NCBI GenBank assembly: GCA_900088475.1
Contig: FLMG01002176.1
Span: forward strand, 1 to 33,872
Length of the DNA: 33,872 nucleotides
From: Hyphochytrium catenoides
Lineage: Eukaryota > Protista > Hyphochytriomycota
Reading direction: 5' to 3'
A program made the translations under genes and the position numbers. The notes under the pieces are model-generated. The model did not search any database. It was not told the DNA's origin and worked only from the letters and a program-made list of their open reading frames with translations. Each line of letters starts with the position of its first letter. Position 1 is the first letter of the stretch. Below, in pieces: positions 1 through 9,841 of this stretch.

Positions 1-1550
1 AATCTCTGGAATATTCACCGCTATTAGTAAGAATACACAGTGATATATTCCAGATCCTTGTGCTATGCTTACCAGTAGCGGCTCCTTTTCCGTTACTCAA
101 TTTACTTTTGGCGGATGACAGACAGACACAGACAGAGAATCAGATACTTTTATATTTTTGGATTGACTTCAGACTCCATTTGACTGTGATTTGTTATTTG
201 TGTCCGAGTAGGATTCTGACGCATCAACTCTTCATGAAGTAGGTACCATGAGTAGGACTCTTAGGTATAGGGACAGTGAAGTTACCATTATCCTTCACCA
301 CGGCTCACTCCACTAATTTCAATGGCATCAACAACAGTGTCACACCACTGACCTTAGGAAGATATTTTACAAGCTCTTATTAGCAGGAATCTTCGCTTAC
401 TCTGTGCACTCGCTTCGTAAGAACCTTACTGTTCTTACATTGTTGTCGCAACAGTGCTATTGTTGTTACATCCTACCTGTTGTTACAATGACGTATACCA
501 CCACCATGCCCTGGTGGCTGCATTCTTCTTCCTCGTGCTCTCCCCGTAAGGAATCCTAGTGAATAGCTTCTCCAAATCGTGATTTAAAACTCTTAACTGA
601 AGAAGGACCATCGTGATAATGATCCCCGCGGCCTAAAGCATAATAGCAATAGTTCTTCTCTGTCACGAGTCATAAAGTTCTGCGATATTCTTCTTCCTTT
701 TTTGTTGGTAATGGCCTTGACAGCGTTGAAGGTTGCACTATCTGGCGTGTCTCTTACGTAATCAGCATAACAATAATAAAAATGGGCCGTCTGACAGACA
801 AGCACTTGCATCTAGCTGTCCTATATATTCCTCAGTGACCTGTTCCGAGTACGAATGTACTGCTTGTTGCCATTTTCTGCAGCAGCAGCCTTGAAAGCTA
901 TGTATATAGGCGTTAGCAGCTTGCTTTAGAAAATCCGTTATTTACAAAGGATCAATTTTATGACACGCAATGACAAGCGAGGAAGTTCATCGTTCTCTTC
1001 CAGCTCTTCTCATGACACTTCCCGCTCCTATGTGCTAACCGTAGAACTCTCTCTTAGCTCTTGGCACCGAGTGTGTTCCTTTATTTGATGACCTAACAGG
1101 AAGGAAGTGACGATCGTTCTTATGGTCCAGTCGCTTGCCGTCGTCGTCTTCCTCTTACTACTGTACTGTGCGCCTTAACAGTTCTTTCCCTGCTAAAGAA
1201 TGAGGAAAGGATCTTCGGCGCGCGGTCGGGGTTGAGGTTGATGGTTGATCCTCTCAGGCCGGTGAAGCCGACTAGTGATCTCTCCAACTCATGCCAACTC
1301 TTTGAGCCTATCATTTTATTTCCTAACGGAGGCGTAGGTACGGGCAATAATAGACGAAGAAATTTGCCCACCCTGTGCCATTTAGCAAATCAGATTCTCT
1401 TATCAATGTCGGGCGATAGAACTGAGGCCTTCTGTTCTGACACCTAGAGGTCGATCTTTAAAGGATTTGCAGGCCCGTCTATGGCAGAGGGTAAAGGAAT
1501 AACCTGGTGCCGCGGAGGGCACTCGCTCTTATAAAGAAAAAAGGTCTAGG

Positions 1551-3505
1551 ATGGATTCTATCCTACGATGTTGGAGACGTCTTAGACAGGATGATATAGA
1601 TAAGCAGCGGGAGCTCAAGCTTGAGGACCTCCACATGCTATGTGAAACCGGGGATCTTATCTTCGTCCGTGAGACAGGTAAACGGTGCCCGAAGAACAAC
1701 CTCTACAGCCCCTTTGCCAGGAAGTAATTTGAATCTATTAACCACGAAATATCTTCATTGACAGTGCACGTCCAAGGGTTGGGCGTTGCCTGCTCACCAT
1801 TGTTCTGGCAAACACTTGAAGACGCTCAGCGCGGAAAGGTTTACCATGTGCGACAGCGACGGGTGCCTCGTAAGTTACTTAGCCTCGTTATTAGATCTTA
1901 GAGACTGACCTTTCTCGACAGGTTGGGGAAGGTAACGATCCATTCTACGATTGCATGTTGCTGTAGGTGATGGCACGGCTTGCAAGCCTCATCGATTCTC
2001 TTTGATTCCCTATGCTTAGGGTTGGGATCGTCGTACGACTGGATGCCTCTAGGGTTTCCGTGCTAGAAGCAAACTACAAAGGGCTGAATCTTAAGCCTAT
2101 GGCAAAGTATATTAGGCGGATGGAAACTGGATCAATGCGAGGGGGCGTAACGGTATCGTTAGATGTATTACCTCTCCCATGTCGCTCAATCTCTATTGTT
2201 GTCCTTTTGAAGCTCTTGTTCAAGGTCAACGTCAAGTTTGCGCGTCGCTACTTCTTGGTTGGCTGTCTCGCGTTAAAGACCTACTGGGTTTAACAAGGCT
2301 GCCGCTACTGAACTTTGACATTACTGGCTGCTTGTTCTCTATAACTCCAGATGGCGCTAAGGAGAGCCCACATTAACTCTCAGGAGCCGCGTGACTTTTT
2401 GGCACTAGCGGTAAAAAGCATAATATCTCTAGGGGGTACGGACAGTGGCGAGTTCACGATTAGCTGGGAGACCGTCTTGGCAACGAAGCCTTGTGACGTG
2501 TCGGCTGCCACAATGCTAGACCGCATTCAGCAGGCAAGCGACTGGTCTCCTTCAATCCCTTCTATGCGCTGGCTGCTAATACTTTGCCCTGTTGCATTGC
2601 AGAGCCTAAACTATAGCCGTTCTGTGCTCCTTCCTGAGGAGGAGCTAGAGATCCGGAGTACGTTTCGCATGCTACTGGAGTATTCTCAAAAATGGTGATC
2701 ACCTCCATACCTATCTCCGTACTCCCTTGGCTTGTGAATGACCTTCCACTTTTCCTTTCTATGTCAGTGGTGGGGTGAAGGACGAGGCCATGCAAAGAAA
2801 AATTAGTCAGTTTCTTGAAGAAGGCCTCTCAGGCGCGAACAGGGAGGAGATAGTCAAGCAGCTACTTTCGCATCTGGATAAAAACAATGATGGTATTGTT
2901 AGCGAGGATGAGTTCGTGGAGAGCTATCAGAACGTAAGTGCTTGCCCTTGTTAGAGCTCTATGGCTTTAGTCAATATCTCTCAACTTCCCGCTGTGGCTC
3001 TTCCTGCCACTTCTAGCTCAGGAGGAAGACTAAAGTCTCTCCCGAAAAGCTCGACAATATCCTCAGTGCCGCTCTGGTCGCAGTTCTCTATGAGAGAGCC
3101 AGCATACTCAGTCTGAGGAGGCTCTTCGATGCTGGAGACCGTAAAGTCATAAGGATGGAGGAGTTGCGGCAACAAGCGCAAGACGAGGTCATGACAACAG
3201 GGAAAGGAGGAAGACACAAGGCCGAGATGAGATTGTTGAGGAAGGGCGAGCACGGAGACAACGCTGCAATTGATCACGGGAAGGTGTTCTACTTCTCTCC
3301 TGACAGCTTTACAGAGTTGGGTTCAGCATCTGCTGTCAACCTTCATAAGGCAGTGACTTTTGGACCCCTGACAGCGCTTCAGCTCCTGCCAGGCTCATGT
3401 GTTAGCGCACCTAATGCTTGCCTGAGCCGAGTCGACATGACATTGGAAGGGGAGTCAGCTCCAAGTCAGAACAAGTACGCGATGCTTGGCTTCAGTAGCT
3501 GCTAA
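1551..3505 (+). CDS. Permuted papain-like (YiiX/YebB, NlpC/P60-type) fold protein with inserted EF-hand; probable pseudo-enzyme, ~8 exons
   Basis: Phase-consistent exons 1551-1677, 1765-1869, 1922-1931, 2020-2152, 2351-2533, 2603-2694, 2768-2933 and 3017-3505. Translation gives CETGDLIFVR, WGRVGIVVR..VLEANYKG, MALRR, EF-hand DKNNDGIVSEDE, ILSAALVAVLYERASIL and FSPDSF. This is the motif order of permuted NlpC/P60 proteins (GDli, WsHvGiv, lEA, RRL, CSeLva.Y..gil, P.dF). The 3' end is uncertain. Confidence 0.7.
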
Positions 3506-6141
3506 CAAAGGGGAAGACGCGGGAGGACTAGATACTGCAGAATCGGGCTTATCAGCAGAATGATGACCACTTCTGCAAAGTTGACGAACAAAGACAGCCT
3601 CCACAAAGAATGTTCCTGTTCCCTGTCTGCGTCCTAGGTTTACCTCCTTACCTTATCGGCCCTCACGGAGAGTACACCTGAAGCTATAGGTCACGTCTGT
3701 ATGCAGTGCTGGCCTCTGCTTGAGAGGGTAAACTACTCAGCTTCACTATGCCGTTAGTGGCTGTCCGTTCATCCCTCCTCTGGTTTAGTAGACGAAAGCA
3801 GAACTCCAGGAGAAAGAAGAAAGTCTCCTCGCAGCACAAGGACGCCACAAGCGGGGTGACAACTGATATGACCACAAGAGTTAGTCAGAGCAAGCCGGTA
3901 GTAGAAGCATAGAGGTTGAGAGCTCCAGCTAAGGGGTGATGCAACAGCGCTAAAGAGAAGTCTAGCGTAAAGCTCTAAGACTCTACCAAACAAAGATCAG
4001 CTCCATTCATTGTTTACCACTGTCATTGCCCTTTTACAATGTCAGCTCTGCTCATCCAAGACTCATGATTCATGATTCTCTGAGAAATCTCATCAGCAGT
4101 GGAGAGTTATTTCTTCACCTTCCTCCTACTATCTTCGTTCTCTGCCGTCACACCCCATAAAATTGCGTCTACAACTGCACCACGGCTGCAGGGTATCCAA
4201 GGAGGTCAGGAGGAGCATTGTCCTTTCGCTTCACTCATCATCTCACTCTCTTCATTCCCTTATACTAGCTCCCGCTCTCTCTGTCTCTTGTCACCCGCAC
4301 ATCCTTCTTCCTACACTATCGATTACCATTCCAGTTGGCGGCAGTTCGTAAAGGAAATGCTGTCAGCTCCGCCGTATCCTTCTGCTGCACAGCTGGTGTA
4401 TGGTGTGAGGGCATCTGTGGGCAATGTCTCCAGAGGGTCACTGCACTCACTCTGAAGGTCCGTCCGTCCACACAACCCAAGTCCGAGTGCACAAGAAAGA
4501 CAGACACCAGAGAGGACAAACTACTTTGTACCATCAACTGACAGAGCTTTCAGCAGTTCTAGGAGCCGCTGTCACTAATAAGGATGACGACTGTGCCCTA
4601 CAGATAGACGGACCAGACCGTCTAGTCTTCCACATCTGCGCTGTCTCTGTTCAGAGGCCCCCCTTATGATCAGACAACCAACAGAGAGAAAGGACGAAGT
4701 TGAAGACAGAAGGATGCCAGGAGTAGTAGTGATGAGTGAGGACAAGGACAGAAGGCGTAGAAAGAGGTGTGAATGGTTGGTCAATCTGCACCTTCTTTGC
4801 AGCAGTATCTGGTTGGACATTCACTAGAAATTGCACTGGAAGGACGATCGAGGTCAGTCACTTACAGAAAGCTGATGATCAGAAGGACCAAGAAGACTGG
4901 GAACCGCTGATGTTGAAGGAAAAAAGAGTAAGAGGGATGATGATAGTTCTATATGTGGAGAGAGGCGATGAAGAAGAGAAAGAGACATCAAGAGAGCAGG
5001 GGAGCAGAGAAAGGAAAGATGCTCCTCCTCAACGGCACAGCGCATTGGGCGATGGCCAAAGTGCGATCATTGAGGCGGATGTAGCCAGCATTAGAGGAGA
5101 GAGAGAGGACAACGGGGAGAAGTTTCTATGTGTTTCTATGGAGTTATCTGTTCAGCGGCAGCCAGTTCTGCTGACAATCACTTGGCGTGTCAAGCGCGCC
5201 ACAGTCTGCTCACCTTCTGGACCTTGTTCCTTCCTCGCCTTACCATCTGACCTCTCGTATCGACTCTGTGTCTCCACGTTATTCTGATAAGAGGCAAAGT
5301 GGTATGTCTCTTCTCCGCTCTGTCTTGTTGAGTTGGTTCCCTCATCCGGTGTGAAAGCGAGAGGAATCTTATCTTAGGGCTTCGGTCTTAGACAGAGTCT
5401 TAGAATGGCTTGTTTAGAACAGAGAGAGACCCAGAGAGAAAGAGAAGGGGAGAGAGGGAGCTGAGCCTGATCTCAACCCTACGATGGATGAGAGGGACTG
5501 GCTGTCTCTGGTTCTTTATCTCCTCACCACTGACAGAGTGTGCGTGATCACTCTGGCTCTCGAATCTACTTCTTTTGCGATGTGTCCTGTGTTCTAGCTC
5601 AAAGGGTAGAATTCTATGCCTTGCCTCTTCGTCCTGAATGACACTCTTTTGTCTGTTATTTGGCGCTCTGTCTTGACAATATGGGGGCTCTGTTTCGGTC
5701 TGCTTCTCACTCTGTCTCTTTCATCCTGATAACTCTAGCATCTCTGTGTTAGTAGTTAGTCGACTCTGTCTTGGGAACCTGTTATTTTTCTAGGAAAAGA
5801 GATGCTCCTCCTCCTTTCTTTTGGCTCCGTGCATGTCTGTTGCTTGGCCCCACCAGCACATTTATAAAGCAGAATATTATCTATGGACTCAAGCTTACCC
5901 TTACACCAACACATAGTCCCAGTCCCACCCATCCTTCCACACTATCAGAGCTAGAATGAAAATTAAGTAGCTCCCACCCATCCTAGGAGTTCTGGTAATG
6001 CAATAACAGGTGAAACTACCAGAAGATGATGATCTGTCTGATCTTATTCCGCAACACCATTAGCTTTCTCAGATATAAAAAAGTCTCAATAGATTCTATT
6101 TTTAAATGCTGGGCGGGCCGTGCCTTTTATTTTTTCTCCAC

Positions 6142-6245
6142 AGTAATAAGCTGTTTGCCTCCCAATTAATGAAGGTAAAAGAGGCCTTTCTTAGTAATAA
6201 GCTGTTTGCCTCCCAATTAATGAAGGTAAAAGAGGCCTTTCTTAG
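6142..6245. repeat. Perfect tandem duplication, 2 x 51 bp
   Basis: AGTAATAAGCTGTTTGCCTCCCAATTAATGAAGGTAAAAGAGGCCTTTCTT occurs at 6142-6192 and 6193-6243, followed by AG. Confidence 0.95.
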
Positions 6246-6931
6246 AAACTACTCCGGAGTACCTCGGTAAAATGTGATCCTTCTGTCGCTCCCTATTCTT
6301 TTAGCTTTTATTGCTTCTAAACGCCAATTTTAGTAATCTGCACGGACCGTTATTATTCTGTTAACTGTATGTACGTCCCATTCTAATCCTTTTCCGCCTC
6401 TGCTCTTTCTCTCTCCCTTCCTTCCTCTAACAGGCCCAAAGACGCAGCGGCGCCCATCGAAGAGCTGTCACAGTCCGGTCGGTCCTCCTGTGCCATCCTG
6501 GCCGTGGGTGATGTTGAGAGCAGAGCAGCCTCTGTGTGTCTCCATAGCTCGCTCTCTCGCTCTGTCGCCATAGCTCTCGCTCTCGCTCGGTCTGTCTTTG
6601 GAGACTCTGTCTGGACAGGTTGGCTTTCCCGCACCGTCAGTACTTCTCTGGCGCGCCCTCTCATTCGCACCTCGGCTGGCGCTCACAGTCAGGGGCCAAC
6701 GAGCTGCTCTTTCTGCTGAAGAAGGCCAACTGGCGTCATCTTTTCTTTTAACTGTTAGGAACCAAGAAGCTTCATCTTTTTCAGGCTCAGTTAGCGCTGC
6801 ACACAGCGTCCCATTCTTTCATTTTCTTTGTACCAACTTCTCACTCTCATCTTTTTCATCTGGCTGATCGCACCTGTCCGACTATCGCACAAGGACAGGG
6901 CATAAGGGCCAGTGTTAGAGACAAGGGCACA

Positions 6932-9493
6932 ATGCCGCAGTTCAGGAGCAGAAATGCAGGCGGCGATGATGCGGACTCGCCCTATTATCTTATGTCGAGC
7001 AGGAACCGCGGCCGCGGTGGCGGCGGCGGTGGTGAGATGGATGCCGACGGAGGTCGCAGCGGCGATGGGAATATGGCGCAGCTATACAACCCTCCTTTGA
7101 GAGAGAATGGAATGCCAAAACCGGAAGTTGTGCCAGTGAGGCCCGTGAAAGCGACTCCCTATGTAGAGAAGGCTAGACGATCAGAGAACTACAACTATGA
7201 TCAGAAGCCTTCGATCTTCAATAACTCCTTTGTGGGCAAGCCTTCCTTCATGATGATGAAGCAATCCTATGGGGCAGGCCAGCTATCTCCTTTCAACCCT
7301 GGGCCTGATGCTCTAGGCGGTCTCCGGAGGAGTGTCATGGGACGGCGAAGCATGATGCCTCAGGGAATGAGAATGTCCGTCGCCCAAGGTGGTGCTGTCC
7401 CTTCAGACGTAACGGAGGCGTTCAATCGCTTTGACGAGGATGGAGACGGCGCGCTGAACTTCGATGAGTTTGCGAACTTCGTGAAGTTTTGGGTCTTTGA
7501 TCGCAACAAACTTCAGTGCAAGGGCTCACAGTTTGAGGCCGTAGTGGAGGTGCTCTTCCAGATGGCGGGAGGTAACCAGTATGGCGCCGTAGGACCTTCT
7601 CAAGTCAACTACATCCTGAACACTGAGATCAAGGACAAGGAGGAGAAGTTCCAAGAGCCCAAGGTTGATGAGGCAGACGCGAACTTTGCGAAGTTGCCTA
7701 AATATCAGCGTGTTGCCTACTATCTCTTCTCAGGCATCGCGTTGTTTCTGACACTCTTTACAGGTATCTTCTTCGTTCTGATGACATTCTCGAGCTGGCC
7801 AAAGAAGGCCCTTAGCCGCATCCGCTCTGTTTTGAAAATCCATGGCATTCGGCTTCTTTGGCTGGCTGCGTACATCGGCGCTTGCGTCTATCTCTTTACC
7901 ACCAACTATCTCAAGTTCATGTCCATCACGGCTGTCACCAGGATTACAGGCGCTGGCATTGGACTCGCTACGGGCAACGCACAGCTGATTCGATTCAACA
8001 TCTTTTTCATCTTCCTTCCCCTCTGCTACCGCAGTCTGGTATATCTACGAGGAATGCGCTGGCTAATGCACTGGGTGCCGCTGGATGACACGCTTCTCTT
8101 TCATAAGATCGTTGGAACTGTCATTATCACCGCCTCCATTGTGCACACGATCGGGCATGAGATCAATGCTATCACCATTGCCAATACTACTCCTGCACTA
8201 CTGGCTGCCACCCCATTGGGTCCACACTTTGCCGCTCCACCGCCGGCTTTCGCCTATAACTTTCTCACACTTCCTGGCGTGACGGGTTGGATCATGCTTC
8301 TGGTGGTCCTCATTGCCATGCCCTGGGCCTATATTCCTGCCTTGAAAAGGCGGTTCTTCAACGTATTCTATCACACCCACAAGCTCATGCTCTGGGTCTT
8401 CACCCCAATGCTTATCGTACACGGTTTCACGGCTTGGCTGGTACCTCCTAAAGTCTGGTACATTGTGATGGGCCCACTTATTCTCTACTTCATTGATCGC
8501 CGGTACAGGATGGCCAAGCAGATATTCAACCAGCAACTGAACATCCTAGATGTTCGTGTCTATCCTGAGACGACTGTGCTTTACATTGAAAAAACTGCAA
8601 AGTATGAGAAGAAGTTTCGCCCTGGACATTATCTATGGATCTGCATCCCAGATATCTCTAACCTCGAGTGGCATCCTTTTACCATCACCTCTGCTTGTGA
8701 CGATCCTTATGTGTCAGTGCACATCCAGCGCTCTGGTGACTGGACTCGACGGCTACACAACCTGATGTCGGACATACAGGCACAGGCCGCCGGTGCACCT
8801 CCAGGAAGGCAAAGCATAGCGCGTCCTGGAATGAACATGGGGAACATTGTCTACCCTAAGTGCTACCTTGACGCGCCGATTGGCGCTCCAGCCCAACTGT
8901 TCAACACCTATGAGGTTACGGTGATGGTTGGGGCTGGTGTCGGTGTCACACCATGCGCGTCGATCGTTAGAGAGATGATGTATGCAGTCAATCGCAAGGC
9001 CTGCGCTGCAGACTGCATTCTTAGGCGCAAGCGACCTCACGTCTGCTGCTGCATGATTCAAAAGCTGTACTTTGTATGGAGCACGAATAAGCAGCACAAT
9101 CTGGACTGGTTTGAGGACACTGTGAACACACTCAGCGAGCAGACCGACAGGGTAGAGTTCCATCACTACTTTACGACCATCAAGAACACCAAGGATCCTC
9201 AGGTGAAGCCTCTCCTGGCAGTCCAGCAGCTGCTTCACAGGCAGACGGGTCTTGATGTCGTATCGGGCCTAAGAACCAGGAACCTGACTCACTTTGGGCG
9301 GCCAAACTGGAATGAGTTTTTTGGCAAACTGGCAGCTAGGCACGAAGGCAAAGAAGTTGGAGTGTTCTACTGCGGACCAACAGTGATGAGGGACGCCATT
9401 GCTCAAACCTTGAAGCGGATCAACCTTGCCGACAACGAGAATCCAATGTCTAAGGATAGGACTGTTTTCCATTTCCACGCAGAGCAGTTTTAA
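6932..9493 (+). CDS. EF-hand NADPH oxidase (NOX5/RBOH-like respiratory burst oxidase), 853 aa, single coding exon
   Basis: Uninterrupted ORF. EF-hand DEDGDGALNFDE; heme-ligand His pairs in FHKIVG..IVHTIGH and FYHTHKL..IVHG; FAD motifs WHPFTITSA and HIQRSGDWT; NADPH motifs GAGVGVTP, GRPNW and VFYCGP; C-terminal FHAEQF. Confidence 0.96.
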   Translation: MPQFRSRNAGGDDADSPYYLMSSRNRGRGGGGGGEMDADGGRSGDGNMAQLYNPPLRENGMPKPEVVPVRPVKATPYVEKARRSENYNYDQKPSIFNNSFVGKPSFMMMKQSYGAGQLSPFNPGPDALGGLRRSVMGRRSMMPQGMRMSVAQGGAVPSDVTEAFNRFDEDGDGALNFDEFANFVKFWVFDRNKLQCKGSQFEAVVEVLFQMAGGNQYGAVGPSQVNYILNTEIKDKEEKFQEPKVDEADANFAKLPKYQRVAYYLFSGIALFLTLFTGIFFVLMTFSSWPKKALSRIRSVLKIHGIRLLWLAAYIGACVYLFTTNYLKFMSITAVTRITGAGIGLATGNAQLIRFNIFFIFLPLCYRSLVYLRGMRWLMHWVPLDDTLLFHKIVGTVIITASIVHTIGHEINAITIANTTPALLAATPLGPHFAAPPPAFAYNFLTLPGVTGWIMLLVVLIAMPWAYIPALKRRFFNVFYHTHKLMLWVFTPMLIVHGFTAWLVPPKVWYIVMGPLILYFIDRRYRMAKQIFNQQLNILDVRVYPETTVLYIEKTAKYEKKFRPGHYLWICIPDISNLEWHPFTITSACDDPYVSVHIQRSGDWTRRLHNLMSDIQAQAAGAPPGRQSIARPGMNMGNIVYPKCYLDAPIGAPAQLFNTYEVTVMVGAGVGVTPCASIVREMMYAVNRKACAADCILRRKRPHVCCCMIQKLYFVWSTNKQHNLDWFEDTVNTLSEQTDRVEFHHYFTTIKNTKDPQVKPLLAVQQLLHRQTGLDVVSGLRTRNLTHFGRPNWNEFFGKLAARHEGKEVGVFYCGPTVMRDAIAQTLKRINLADNENPMSKDRTVFHFHAEQF

Positions 9494-9841
9494 CCCTTCT
9501 CCGCCTCGGAGACTCTTGTCATCACTCTTATCTCTTTGTTATCCCTCTTGCTGGGCTCCGAATGAGCACCACGTAGTCTTATTTATTGTGGCACCAAGGG
9601 CTCGTCTATCCCTTGCCTACAGTCTAGCTCTTTCTTGGTCGAACTCCATAGCAAGCATGAGAGCGCCAGTATGGATTCTGAAGAACTAAATGTAAAGACT
9701 CAAATCATCAATTTGTTAGTCTTCAAATGGGAGAGTTCTCTGCTTAGCTTTCATTAGTCATGGCGACCACATCCGTAGCTCCTATTTCTCTGTCAGTGGG
9801 TATGATCGCACTTTTACACTGAGGAACTTGATAGCCCAAAC

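Noticed and set aside
4736-5287. 183-aa ORF on the + strand
   Set aside because: It derives from a GA-rich tract, has no recognisable motifs, and has no consistent splice partners.
6142-6245. CRISPR-like reading of the 51-bp repeat
   Set aside because: There are only two abutting copies with no spacers or cas genes, in a eukaryotic context.
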